In this document: positions 1 through 13,720 of the stretch, in pieces
How positions within the stretch are numbered: position 1 is the stretch's first letter
How the letters are laid out: each line of letters starts with the position of its first letter
Assembly (NCBI GenBank): GCA_030265395.1
Contig: JARFYF010000046.1
Location: 14,684,082 to 14,748,081 of the forward strand
DNA length: 64,000 nucleotides
Direction of reading: 5' to 3'
Source: Rhina ancylostomus
Taxonomy: Eukaryota
Position numbers and translations under genes: made by a program
The notes under the pieces: model-generated
Seen by the model: only the letters and a program-made list of their open reading frames with translations
Databases searched by the model: none
What the model was told of the DNA's origin: nothing

Positions 1-29
1 TACTAAATAGAGTACTATCTAATATTCTC

Positions 30-94
30 AAAAATCTGCCAGTCTGGCACCACCTAGAGTTCTGGGAGTGCTGGATTAACAGAGTTTTACTGTA
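30..94. mobile_element. Probable right terminus of a Tc1/mariner-pogo (Tigger-like) MITE
   Basis: Ends ...GGATTAACAGAGTTTTACTG|TA, the reverse complement of the TA-CAGTAAAACTC-type TIR. The partner end is not clearly visible. Confidence 0.4.
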
Positions 95-769
95 GTTCTA
101 AATTTTGGTGATTAATTGGCTCTTAGGAGTAAGTTTTTCCAAGTCTCTATGTCAATGGAACATGAATATTGTCACCGGTAACACTAACATTAATTTCTTT
201 GTTCTTCACAGGATTATTGCAGCATAAAGTTTACAATGGGGAAGCAGACCCTTTGGTCTATCCAATTCATGTTGATGTTTAACCTTTGCATGAGCAACAT
301 CTTTAATAGGCTCATAAAATTCCTTGAGAAACATTATTATTTACACCATTTCTCAAGGGCTTTGGACAATCTTAGCCTGTAGTTATGGCAATGAGATCAG
401 GGAACCACTTTGGAAATTTTTAATTACATACAACCTTATAGAACAAAAAGGATCTTGTTTTTAAAGATTTCAGACAAGGAAATATTTAGAATTCCTTTCA
501 TTTCAGAGATATATTGACACTTAGTACAAATATGGAAGAATGTTGTCTGAGTATCCAGTGATCTCCACAGCATGGATTTTCCCTTTCATTCTGATTTCAG
601 CAATTATGAATTTCTGGCATCCATCAATAAGGATATTATTAAGGCAGTAAGGAAGCCAGAACATTAAAGAATTTTTACATTCAGGAAAACAGGGAGAAAA
701 AAGTACCAGTATTTAACTAAGTTGTTACACAGTTTATAGAGACAGAAATAATTATTGAAACATTTCAGT

Positions 770-880
770 TCAAAGAGGTAGCTTACCACCAACTTCTTGA
801 GGGCAGTTTGGGAAGAGTAATAAATGCTGGTCTTGCCAGCAATGCCCACATCCCAAAGGGTGAATAAAAACAAGCAGCAC
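770..880 (+). mobile_element. 3' tail of an old non-LTR retrotransposon (CR1/L2-like)
   Basis: Motif caccaacttcttgagggcag...aataaatgctggtcttgccagcaatgcccacatccc...gaataaaaa; recurs in reverse orientation at about 4725 and 57645. Confidence 0.65.
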
Positions 881-1654
881 ATCAGATTAAGTTATGATGA
901 AATATCATTAACAGGTCATTTTATAAAAATGTTTTTTAGAGAGTCATTAAATTTAGAAATTATTATTTGAGTGAATGGTAATCTATGCATATAAAACTAC
1001 CTCATGGGGTTGTGGTCAGAGAGGTTGTTAAGCCATAATTATGGCTTAGTATACCATCAAGATATCAATGAGAGTGAGGAAAGCTCACAAGTACCTTAAG
1101 TTATTAAACCCCTGATTTTTCTTTGCCAATTATGCTGCAGAAAGTTGAGAAACAGTGAATCCTTCAGAAAGCCAAAGAATCATAGATAGCAGTTTCTTAA
1201 CCTTTGCATTTAACTGTGCACATGCATACTCCAGAAGGTGCAGTCAGATTTTTTTTGGCTATAATGTGGAACAACAATAGCCTCACCATTATTTCTCATT
1301 GAAAATTTCAGGCCAGTAATATCTTCATTATTACCAAGGATTGGATTGTAATGGCTTGTAATGGCTTGTCATTCTACTGGCTACATGCTTAACCCATAAA
1401 AACTTGCATTCAACATAGTTTGGATAATACGGGGCAGAGAATAAAGGCAGAGGAACATGCGATTGGGATCCCCAACTTCCACACCATCTTGCTGGGAAAT
1501 ATACAATCATTTCTTCATCACCAATAAATATCAACCTTGGATTCCCAACCCAAAAACACTAAGAGTACCATGACCAGAGGACTGCAGTAATTCAAGAAGT
1601 CAGCCACTTTCTGAAAGAAAATTAGGGGTGGACAATAAATGGTGAAATGCGCAG

Positions 1655-2660
1655 AATACAGTGTAGAAATAGGCCCTTCAGCCCAACTCATCCATGCTGA
1701 CCAAATTGCCTACCTGAGCTAGTCCCATTTGCCTGCATTCGGCCCATATCCCTCAAAACCCTTCCTATCCATGTACCTATCCAAATGTCTTAGAAACATT
1801 GTAATTATACCTGCCTCTACCACCTCCTCTGGCAGCTTGTTCCACAAACCCATCACCCTCTGTGTGGAAAAAGTTGCCCTTTAGGTCCCCTTTAAATCTT
1901 TCGCCCTCTCACCTTAAATCTATGCTCTCTAGTTTTGGATTCCCCTGCTCTGGGAAAAAGACTGTGACCATTACCATATCTATGTCCCTCATGATTTTAT
2001 ATAGCTTGATAGGGTTGCCCCTCACACTCCTACGCTCCAGGGGAAAAACCTCCCAGCCTATCCAATTTTTCCTTATAATCTGAGCCTTCCAGTTCCAGTA
2101 ACATCCTTGTGAATCTTTTCTGCACCTTCTCCAGCTTAATGACATCTTTCCAATAACTAGGCACCAGAACACAATACTCCCAATGTCACAATGTTGATCG
2201 AAAGCAAACTCACAGAGAACCCAAATGCAGCACACTGATACAAGACTGGAGTCAGGATACTTCCTCAGNNNNNNNNNNNNNNNNNNNNNNNNNNNNNNNN
2301 NNNNNNNNNNNNNNNNNNNNNNNNNNNNNNNNNNNNNNNNNNNNNNNNNNNNNNNNNNNNNNNNNNNNCAGCATGGAATCCATTTGCTGGACAACAAGGC
2401 ATTAATGGAGCCAAATTGAGGGCCAGAACTCAGAACCATGACACCCAAGTGTGGTCTCACCAATATCTTGTACAGTTTTAACATGATGTCCTAACTCTTG
2501 TACTCAGTTCCCTGGTGAAGCCAAGCATGCCAAATGCTTTGTTTACCACCCTGTCTACCTGTGTTGCCACTTTCAGGGAGTTATGTACTTGTATCCCAAA
2601 GTCTCTCTGTTCTACAACATTCTCCAGTGTCCTGCCATTTACAGTGTAACTCCTGCTTTG
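1655..2660 (-). mobile_element. CR1-type LINE 3' fragment (RT C-terminus plus tail), interrupted by a TG...CA element
   Basis: Minus-strand translation gives LYKILVRPHL...GWEVFPLERRSVRGNPIKLYKIMRDID. The CR1 tail (aggcccttcagcccaactcatccatgc) is at about 1670. Confidence 0.85.
2184..2443. mobile_element. Solo-LTR-like element (TGTCA...TGACA) with 5-bp TSD CCCAA; internal gap
   Basis: CCCAA at 2179-2183 and 2444-2448; removing the insert restores the CR1 host sequence; a second copy lies at 26642. Confidence 0.8.
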
Positions 2661-4724
2661 GCCTGAGAAGCATGGATTTCAATTTATGCGGCACTGGCAT
2701 AAGTCTTGGGAAAGAAGGAGTTAGGTCAGATCCTGAATTCTGACATTATGCAAGTTAGCAGTACAATGCCTCATATTGATGTTAAGGTGGTAGTAGATTG
2801 AACACTGAAAGAAGAATATGAACAATAGAAGCATGAGTAAATTATCCAGCTCTTTCAGCTTAATTTGCCATTCAATAAGGTCATGACAGATGTGATTTTT
2901 GACCTCAACTCCGCTTTCCTACCCAATATCATCCTCGATTCCCCTGCAGTCCAAAAATCTGACTTGCACAGAATTACTTCATAATATCTTAAGCATAAGG
3001 AATAAATACAAATAGGAGACAGTAACAATGGGGAATAGAGAACCTAGGGTTTTTTTTTCTGTTTATTCTGAACAATCTTATGAATTCATGCTGCTTCTAC
3101 CACTGATTCAGTTTTAAATATTGAAATTATGCTGATGTCCGTGGAGGTTACTTACACATATACTTGGACAGAGGTAGTCTCTCCAAGTTTATGAGCAACC
3201 TTGCTTTTCAAGGAACTGAAGAAATTCCTTAAAAGCATGACAATTGCTAGTGGGCTGCCCTACTTTGTTTAATGTGCCTTCACTTCACAGAAAACTTAGC
3301 TTTAAATCATGGAGCCAGGAACTGTGTGTAAATCAAATTCTTACAAATTATTAAAACACAATCATGTTATTATCTGTTTTATTCATCTCATAAACTAATC
3401 TTCTTTCCTCATCTTTGTAACTTTGATATTGATAAATATACTGAGTCTTGGTCTTTTAACAAGACTGTTTCCTTATAGTTTAAAATAGTATTATTTGCAG
3501 TATTCAAATTACAATTATTCTTAAGTTTTAGTATTTCCCTTTGGCTTGTTGTCCTCTTTTATATCATATAAACCCTGCACTAGCATAACCATGTATTACT
3601 CTCAGTCCAATGTACTGTACAGTTCACATTGAGCAAACTGCAAGTGCTGGGATTTTCACCATGATTTAGGCACACAGACAACGTATCAAGTAAAACCTTC
3701 TGTCTCTTGTGAACATGAAGTTATGAGAAAGACCTAAAATGTAAAACCATGTGATGGTTATATTTTGCATTACCTTTTAACTGTTATCTTCATACTGGAT
3801 TGGAGCTTTATTGTATTTAGCATGAATCCTAAGTGGTGTGAGATGTTTTGCAAGAGCACTTCATTTCCTGTTGTGCATTTGAAACTATTTTTCAACAGCA
3901 CAGTGTGATAGAGTTTCTGCATTGGGCGCATTGCCCACTTTGGCATAAACTACCCCTGTTTTCCAGCATGAAATTCTATCTCAACTTCTGATCCCAATCC
4001 TTTACTTAATCACAAAGCAACTGGAGTTGAGGCGATCATGTGGAGTTATGTGATGCAATAATTTATTTTCTTCCTTGATTAAAAAAAGTTAATATGTTTG
4101 AGAGCTGTATTGGACTATTCCAGAATGTATAAAGCTTGTTGAGATTACAACTGCAACACAACTGTTGTTGAGAGATTTAGTAACTGGTTTTGTGGTACAG
4201 TTATTGGTCTTACATCTTGATTTTGGTGTGATGAACCGTCAGATAAACACTAGAAGTATGCTGCTAATTTTACATTGATGTTCAGTTGAAACTACATTGC
4301 ACTAATGCAAAGGTCATAGTTTAATGTCAGCATAAATCCCCCAGAGGGGTTTGGAAACTGGTTATGCAGTTACAATCTTGTTCAGAAGAGCATGACATAA
4401 CTTCTTCAAACACCCAAACATTAATAATAAATTACTTATAATATGGCTACCACTAAGATCACTCACCTCAGAATTGGTTCCAGCTGGGTAGTACATTATT
4501 TACATTGACTGGCTTCAAATTGAAATTCTAGGTTTTGGAGAAACAACACACATGCAAAATTTTGGCCTGGAGGCTGAATTTTAAATATTTGGAGATTATG
4601 TACAGGAATGACTTTTAGCACAGCATTGAAGAGTACAGTACTGAAAAGGGGAATTCGGGTAATTGATACCATGGCTCTACTTTTAGAAAGCAATCCAGTT
4701 CATCCCACTGCCTGATTCTTTACC

Positions 4725-5400
4725 TATTTTTGGATGTGGGCATTGCTGGTAAGGACAATTTATGTTGCTTTGTCTTATTATTATTGCCTTCGTGAAGATG
4801 CTGCTAAGCCACTTCTTTAAACTGTTGTTATGAATGAAGGTACTCCCTCAGTGCCATTGGTTAAGTTCTCCCAAAATTTAGAGGCAGTGATAATGAAAGA
4901 ATTGGTTTATATTTCCAAATCACAAAAAAAATGCAAGTTGGAGGGGAACTTTCAGATGGGGGCATTTCCAGGGACTTGCTGCATTTATAGTTCTAGAGAG
5001 TAGAAGCCATAGATTTAGGAGATGCTGTAATACAGCCTAAAGCTCACTGNNNNNNNNNNAGCAGGTTATCAAGTGCTGTTTGGTAGCACCGAACATGTCA
5101 TTTTTCTCCATTGACTATTTAATCAGCTTCCAGCTGAAGAATACTCATGCCCATGTATCCACTCCCCTGTCAGACAGTGTATCCCAAACTCAAACGATTC
5201 GTTTATTTTTTTTTAAAATGGGTTTGTCCTCACTCTTTTATTAATTATTTCAATTTTCCCCCTCTAATTATCACTGGAGTTTGTTTCTCTTTGTTTACTC
5301 CCTAAACCCTTTATGGTTTCATACACTTCAATTAAATCTATCCTTAGCCTCCTCAGCCGTTAGAAGAATAACAATTGTTTCAAGCAACAGCTCAGAATTT
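4725..5400 (-). mobile_element. Decayed LINE fragments (old CR1/L2-like tail, then CR1 remnant)
   Basis: ggatgtgggcattgctggtaaggac... is the reverse complement of the tail at 770-880. Confidence 0.55.
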
Positions 5401-5934
5401 GCAATCACTGCCATTTCCAACCAATGAGGAAAAAATAGTCCCACAAAGATCTCTGTGCAAGATTTCCTCATGTCTGACATNNNNNNNNNNNNNNNNNNNN
5501 NNNNNNNNNNNNNNNNNNNNNNNNNNNNNNNNNNNNNNNNNNNNNNNNNNNNNNNNNNNNNNNNNNNNNNNNNNNNNNNNNNNNNNNNNNNNNNTCAGGC
5601 ATTAATATGAAAGGATCTCTGGCAGCCTGCAGCTGTGCTGTCATTTAATTAGCAGAGCAGCTAATCACATTGAAGGATTCTAACAGACAGGAAACCAGGA
5701 CGCATTTATATTTATCTTTTCAAGTGTTCCACTGACAGCCAAATAAAAATTAAAACAAACATATTTGACTTGAGTGGAAGCCTAAATAACATGTTATTTT
5801 AAAATATAGTTAAGAAATATTTTAAAGTGACTTGCATTTTGAAATATATAAGCATGTTTCTGTGTACTGTGGTTAAAATCAATATTTTAGGGCCATAAGC
5901 AGTAATTATGGCACAGAAGCCTATTAAAACTTAA

Positions 5935-6232
5935 GGCACGGGAGTGTAGCGGTTAACGTAATGTATCGCTATTACAGCGCTAGTGACTCAGGTTCAATTC
6001 CAGCCACCATTTGTAAGGAGTTTGTACATTCTCCCTGTCACTGCATGGGTTTCCTCCAGATGCTCCAGTTTCCTCTCATATACCAAAGACGTACAGGTTA
6101 GGAAGTTGTGGGCATGCTGTGTTGGTGCCGTAAGTGCAGCGACACTTGCAGGCTGCCCCCAGGACACTCTACACAAAAGATGCATTTTACTGTGTGTTTC
6201 GATGTACATGTGACTAATAAAGATATTTTCTC
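5935..6232 (+). mobile_element. tRNA-derived V-domain SINE
   Basis: tRNA-like head (gtgtagcggtt A-box-like; ggttcaattcc B-box), V-domain (ttctccctgtcactgcatgggtttcctccagatgctccagtttcctc) and tail tgtgtgtttcgatgtacatgtgactaataaa. Confidence 0.85.
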
Positions 6233-9200
6233 TTTTTTTATTTCCAAGGTATTTTAAAATCAGACTACTTTGTTAAAAAGCTATATTTACATCAGTTTAA
6301 TGATCTTATCTTGACTGAGTTGAAGGAGGCTACAACAGAACAGACTGCAAAGATGTACTGAATCATTAACAGACACTTAAGAATTTCCATGTGCAAAAGT
6401 CCTAAAGTTCTCAATTTTACAGAATAATAATGGCAGATATTACAAGTTTGTCCTCATTATTACCAGTAAACTGGGGCCAATATTTCAAATTATCACGTGT
6501 GAAGAATCTAAGGAGACCAAAGTCCCTGCCTGAGAACCTTTAGGCTCAATATGGTATGCCAGTGAAGATCTGCTCTGTATGGTCTACCACTCTGGAATTA
6601 TGTTGAAGCTAAATCCCAGAATTGTATTGCTATGACTTGGATGTAAAATCGCAGAATAACCAGAGCCTGCAAAACCTTTTCATTCTGAACACAATCTATT
6701 GCTTGAAAAGAATCATCATATTCTTCTGTGTTTTATCCTGTGCACATTCAGAAACAAAAATTTCAACCTGAGTTCAGGCAGGGGGTGCAACAATTCTTCT
6801 TCTGTCAGTACCACAACACAATGTACAATATTGGGTTGCACATTGCAGTTTACTTCTGAAATTTGGTTCAATTAATTTCAATTTGAATTGAATTTCAGAA
6901 ACAGAACACAAATGTGGAGGCCCAACTATATTCCAGACTCACCTGCTTCAAGAAGACAAGGAGACAAAATAGACCACAGTCTTGGTCACAGAAGATGTTG
7001 TTTATGACTTTCCTTGGGATTGTGAGTGGAGCAGAAGCCAGATTACAGGAAGTCCAGTATGTAATTTCAGGAGAGTGGGACATTGGGTCAGATGGTGGCC
7101 ATGCATTCTTGTATAGGCAGAGGAAGACAAAATGATTATAAATTAAGACAGGGAGGATGAGAAGCAGGGTTTTTGAAGAGGGAATTTTAACACTGATTTG
7201 ATAGTGAGGGGGAAAATCAAAGGAGAAAATATATTTATATTAACAGTGATGAAGCCAAGAACAGAATAGCAGTTGGATGGCCTAATATTCACTGGGAACA
7301 AGGACTTGGAACAGAAGGTAAATCACATGGATAATATGAGCTTAGGGAGAACAGAAGGTAAGAAATTAGAGAGAGAGTGGGAGACAGAGAGTTGGGGGTT
7401 CAGTGCTAGAGTCGAGGGAGGATTTGATTTAGGATGAAAGGACAAGTGGAACANNNNNNNNNNNNNNNNNTAATCTTAAGAGTGAAGAAAACCATGAACC
7501 ACTTGCACTTGCTTTTGGTGCTTTGGATAGAATGGTCAAGGGGAAATAATTTGAGGATATGGTTGGTAATAAAGAAAAACTGGGATTACTTTTCCCTTCC
7601 AGACTGACCCTGTATTCTTGGCTGCTTTGGCAGAAGAGTGTGTGGCCTGAATGAGCCCAATGTGCTCAGCCTTGGTATGGGATGGCTGTCTGTTGTGAGC
7701 CAGGTAGGTAACAGCACCTGGAAATCAGAGAATATTTCTACCTTGTATGTGATAGAATTTCGCATGGTTCCATGACTGTGATGTTTGGTTGGACAAGATG
7801 ACACAAAAAGCCAATATTAAGGGTATAGCTTCATCAGAAACCATTCATTAGTAGCAAGCATTGGTTTCGTTTGAACTGACACACTAAAAAATATTAGAAT
7901 TTAATGTGTATAAAATGTGCTGAGAACATAGTCAATGAGTTCGGATATTGAAAATTGTTTAAAATAAATCAAAATTTCAATAATAACATGTTAGCTAAGG
8001 ACCAAAGTAATGTTCTAGGAATTATACATTTATGAGCTTAACCGATTGACCATGAAGTGACAGGGAAAAGCTTTTGATGAAACGGCGAAGAAAATTCACT
8101 CGTAATACTTTATATGATGAAGTAGCTTACGTGAGGTGCTCTTGTTTAGTTTATGCAACCGGCGAGCAGGGAGTGGACATCTCAACCTGGCACAGCACCC
8201 TTGTCTTGAATAAGCACGAACGGCAAATCGGGATCTGGCACCCAAATTATGCAGCCACCTCAGCACGGGTGCGCTCCGAAACCAGACGAGACAAAAGTGA
8301 CAAGTAGTGAACACCATCAAAACAAAATCACAGGGTTTCAAATTCCAATTACTGAAATTCACAAGTGTAAAAACTTTTAAAGACAATTTGCTCCGTGCAA
8401 TGAGAATTTGATTTCAAATAGTTCATAACTCGCCTTTACTATGTTGCCTTTCGTCTTTCGTGTGTTGTTTCGTTCTCATGTGTTAGACTACAGGGCAATG
8501 TTGTGAAAGGAAGCACATTATTCGGCAAACAATCAGTCGATGTCTGTTAATTTAATTCCTTTATTAAATCCTTTAATTTAGTAACTCTCGGTTTAATTTA
8601 AAAGATCCAGTTTATGTATAAGACTTATCCATTACGAATAATATAGAAACAAAATGAAATTAATAATTAGTTAATCTGCTTAAACATTAGCACATCGAAA
8701 TACCCAGCAGCCTCAAGGAAATACTCTGTCCACAGTGATATAATTACATAGCTGGGTTGCTATGAACATTCGAAATAATTATATCCTTAAATAGGCTGAA
8801 TTTCAGATGTTGTCTTAGTAATACATACATCGTTCTTTCATGTTGTTTGCTCCTAATTATCGACAAAATGTGCAGGTTATACGAATACGCCTCAAATAAT
8901 TTACTGCGTCTCGCTTAATTCAGTTAATGCTGATAGGGTAGTATTAAGGCTACGTTTTGTTTATTGCATCTATTAGACTGTTATATGGACTTAAAGGTGT
9001 GGTAATTATACTGTTAATTTTTAAAGATCTGTTTCCCAAGTGAGAACTATTTCTATAAAAACGAGAAAGGCACAATGCTGAGAAAGCGCAGGCGGTGTCG
9101 AGTGGTGTAAAGTTGTTTGCGCTGATTCTGCGCAGAGAATTGTGAGTCTCTAGTGGAAAAAAAAGTCACACATGCATACTATGGTTCCAGAATATGATGA

Positions 9201-12200
9201 CTGAATTTACAGTTAAATCGCCCAACTCAGGGACCCTTATAAGAATGTTGACTATAATTACATTGAAAATAAACAGTAATAGTATAAGTAAAATGGGCGA
9301 GGATCCAGCAAAATGAGAGTTTAAATTCTCCTTAATTTATTTGAACGCTTAACAACGAAGAACACATTGGAATCGTTCACCTTTACTACTGTTCCAGTTC
9401 CATTCGCAGATGTAACAGTATTTATTTTAATATTTTAAAGCGTTGTTTAATTGTGAAAAAAGGCTGCTGGAAAATTGCGGGAATAAAAAAACAACGAAAC
9501 AGAATTGATTGGTAATTTCTGCTATTTACTGACGACTACAATCGACACATGGCTATACTCGTGTACACACCATCCATGCGTGCATTCGTATGGCCGCGCC
9601 GAGCTTCTAGAAATAGAGCACAGGTCCTGTTTTCGCTCTGGAGGGTGTTGTGTAATGAATTGTGAAGGTCTCTAATGGCTGGAGCAGAGTTCCTGTGATG
9701 CAGATGGCGGAAATTGAAAGGGGGAAGCTACGGTCTTGCTCTCCTTTACATAGGAAACAGTAAAATGAAGGAATCCCCTTTAGGTGATAGAGCTAGAACA
9801 AGCGGGACTGCGGGGTGGGGGGAAGGGGAGAAGGGGAGGAGGGGAGGTCTTTCTCAGTCTCATCCCCTACTATTTCTGGGCACACCTTTCCATTGTTTCT
9901 ATCCATTAGAAGTCTGTCCTTCCCATTCAGAAATATCGGCTTCTTTTTCCTCGTCCATCTCGAGGATATGAAATATAGCTCAAACATTGCAAATCTTTAG
10001 AGAAAAGAAAACAGCATTTTTGTTTTACAGCTAAATTGCGTTTTTTAAACTCATCAAGGAAATAGGCGTATGTTCCAAGGGAATTAGTTAAATCTACGAT
10101 GGAAAATCAAGGAGGCAGGTCTTCCAACAACTCGTTCTAATTATAATTATATTCATGTCTCTTTCCAAATAAAACAATCCAAAATCACTGTTGACTTAAA
10201 AAAAATCTAACTAGTGTTCCTTCAAGCCTGCATAATTGCGAGGTTATACTGCAGATCTATTGGATAGTGGAAGAAACCCCAAGTTGCCCACTCAATGCTT
10301 CCATTGTAGCTCTGCTCTTTTGCTCAACAGTTCTGTTGGCAAGTTCTCTAGCATGGTCTTGCTCATCGCGAGCGTGTTCGAAGATCGCCAAGCAGGAGAG
10401 AACGAGTTCTGTCACAACTTTATCTAACATTGGAAATTTGCAACAAAACGATTCGTGTTAAGCAGTTCCTCCAACATATCAGTGTGCCGTTTGCTATGCA
10501 TTAGCGATTTGTCCGTTAGTCAGTCCACCTAAACCCACGGTGAGCAGCAGTTCTCTCAGGTGCTATGCTCACTTTGCCAGAATTCACTGTATATGCGTTT
10601 GACATCCATCCAAGCTAGATGGAAGAGTTCTAATTCATAGATTCCCGGAGAGGGGTGGGAGAGGGGAGCACTGCTGGAATGAGCCCAATTTCTACCACAA
10701 TTCAACTGATCCGCTCGCAAAACCTGCAATCATAGACTAATATGTAACCCAAAACGGCCGGAAGTGCACCATTTAGACTTTGTTATTTTTAATCAACATT
10801 GATTTTGGTTGAAGTGCGGACCCAGATCCGCGGGGTTGGGGAACTGAACACGCTATGATGGAGCTTCACCGTTGTCTTCCGCTCTGATCCTGAGAGTCTT
10901 CCTTCTAATAACACAATACACGTGTCGTCCTCAGAGCTGATATCCATAGACGCCAGCTTCCAGTTCGAAAACAACGTCAGTTTAAAAAAAACGCCAATAT
11001 GGAAATGTTGCGGTATAATTTCTCCTGACCTCTTCACACGTATGGGGATCGTGGCATGACTGAATTTAGCAACTCCCACCAAACTCAGTGTGCGATCTGT
11101 CAAACATCCCTCTTGTTTCACTCCGCGACCAGTGTGACCTTAATTTTCGGTGGTTTCCGTGCAGAGAGACGAAGGTGATCACATAACCTACAGGTAGGCT
11201 TTAAACAGGCGTCAGCTGAATTTAACACCAGAGAAATAAGGATTTTTTTGTGTGTGAGTATGTTCGTCGGTGTGAGAGTTCGGAAAGTGTGCTGATTGAT
11301 CTGCCTGTAATGCATGGCTTTGGCAATGGAAATAATGCATAAAGCGGCAGATATATTATAGCACTTTGCTTCACTGGGATTACATATATCTTGGATGTGA
11401 ATACGGTCCAAAGAAGTCTTTTCATGAATCATTTATAACCGTTATTGTAGTTTTCGGATTGTAAAAGACCAGAAACAACATTATTTTAAATCACATCCGC
11501 ACCTGTATTAAATTTCTAGTCATCGTCATTTGGGTCCTCAGTAGAAGTAGCTCTTGAACCTTTAACATTGTGCTCCCAGAGTGTGGTTAGGAAGGATTTT
11601 GTGCGGTCGGGTGGAAACTTTCCTGCCACGTCCAAACGTGTCGTGTAAAAAACAAACTGAACCACAGTACATTAACGACATTTGATGAAGTTTTCAGGGC
11701 ATTTTGGAGGGTGGCTATTGTTATCTTGCTTGATGATGTGAGATATTAAACAACAACCACGCTCTTAGTTCGCCTCTGTTCCAGATGTTTACTTCAACCT
11801 TGCCCCTGGCTGTTGGCAAATGCTATCCTTTTACTTTTCAAGACCCCTTTGGAGTTACTTATTCGAATTTAGTTTGTTAGGTGATTTATTTTCATGGTTT
11901 CGAAGTTGTCTGAACTACAAACGGTGCAAATTTTGAACGCTGAAGAGTTAAAATGAATTCAGTTGCGCCTATTCTTCACATCTAACCATAAACGCGATAA
12001 ATTTAATTCTAGTTTACGGGCTGTTTAGTACAAAAGGCGATTCTTTCACTTGAAATAAACTGCAAACCAGATGCGACGCACCCTATTTAATTATGCCTGT
12101 TAACGAAGCTGCCTTGAACATAACGAACCAAATGCAAATTTAGAAATAACATGTTTTATTATGGAAATTGGGAACATTCTTACGTTTCCAATTTCCCTAA

Positions 12201-13039
12201 TAAAACGTTTTTACAGTTCATCACATTCTTAACGTTTATCGCACAGATGCGCCATTCTAGATACAACCGATGAGCGCTGGTAAGTATAAAAATGGCAACT
12301 TCGTTGCAAATGCTCACCCAGCCAATTTCAAGGTTATGATCTGAAAACGCCACATTCGCTTCTAAATGGAACAGTGCTCTACATTTTGAACGACTTTTTA
12401 ACAATAAGTCGGTCGTTTCGGCGCAACATATTCGTTCATGCTCAAGTATCCCGCAGAGGCCGGAGTCCATTCAATTCAACGCTAAGTGTTACTGAAATTA
12501 TATTTAAATTCTGGGAGAGGCGAAACAATTATTCTCGATTGGCAGCTTCCTCAGGGAAATAATTGATTGGCCTGTTCTGCGTCGCGAATCCTTAATCCGT
12601 TACTTTCTGGGAGGATTTTCGCTGTTTGTCCACCTTCCGCTGATTCAAAGTGATTTGGTAACTATTTCATTTTTAATTTAACACTTCGAACGGCCGGTCT
12701 CTTTAGGGCAAGTTCCAAAAACAGAACTTAGTAACTTTCCTGAAAAGTGGAGAGAGCTCAAACGAATACTGTTTTCGATCAGATAAAAGCTGACCGCAGC
12801 TGGCCATTGGACAGGGTGGAGAGTGTCCAGCTAGGATGAAGAAATGCATATTCCACTGCATTCTGCAACATGTTTCACAGGTGGATCCTACTGCATGTGT
12901 GTGTCTGACGCGTTAATCGCGGCACCATTTTAATTTCAAAAACTGTCTCCCTTATAACATAGTTGATGGGATCTTGCCTTGGACCTGCTGTTGTGACCGA
13001 TGCTCACTCACAGTTAGTTGGAAATAAACAAACCCAAAT

Positions 13040-13135
13040 AAAGACATGCTGGAAATAGTCAGCGCGCCAGGCAGCATCTGTGGAACGAGAAGCAGAGCTG
13101 ACGTTTCAGACTGATGGCATTTCATCATAACTTTG
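13040..13135 (-). mobile_element. Penelope-like terminal repeat remnant
   Basis: atgctggaaatagtcagcg...ggcagcatctgtggaacgagaagcagagctgacgtttc; same family as the copies at 21215, 26600, 29290 and 59030. Confidence 0.65.
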
Positions 13136-13524
13136 CAAGCTAGAGAGCGTTTCTACAAATGCGAATGTCCGGGAAAGTGTGAAGGCACAGACCTTGTCGT
13201 TTCCCATGTTCAATGTCAAATTCCAAGAGACTGACAAATCCGAGTCCAGACTTTTGGGTGGAGTGCACATTTAACCAGACTTATTCAGCAACAGCTCTGG
13301 GCTGCAATGTTTCAATGCTTAATTTGTGTTCCCGAGAAAAGGGCGGTGACAGGAGATTCTTTCTCCAGAATGGCTTCGGCCTGGTTGCCTGTTTAGGCGG
13401 GATTGGCACGGGATCTTCGGCGACTCTTTTGTTTTTGCAAATGTCAACTTTTCACAACAAGGATGCGTCAATGAATACGTATGCCTTTGAAATATCGATT
13501 CCCTTAATTTTTGCATGTTGGTAA

Positions 13525-13720
13525 ATTAATTGACCACTGTAGTGTGTCTCGTCCCTAGTGTGTCCGTGAGGGGCAGAACCTAGGAGGAATTGATGAGAAG
13601 GTGGGAACAGTGAAGAAGGGGATTAATGCACGATTAGTATAAATGGGTGGTTGATGGAAAGCACAGACTTGGTGGGCTGAAGGGCCTGTGTCCGTGCTGT
13701 ATCTCTCTTTGACTCTAGTT
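13525..13720 (+). mobile_element. SINE 3' half with CR1-derived tail
   Basis: gcacagacttggtgggctgaagggcctgtgtccgtgctgtatctctc...gactcta. Confidence 0.7.

Noticed and set aside
1909-2484. 191-aa minus-strand ORF
   Set aside because: A chimera of frameshifted CR1 RT, the inserted LTR-like element and an N gap.
5935-6010. tRNA gene
   Set aside because: The tRNA-like head continues directly into a SINE V-domain and tail; no intact cloverleaf.
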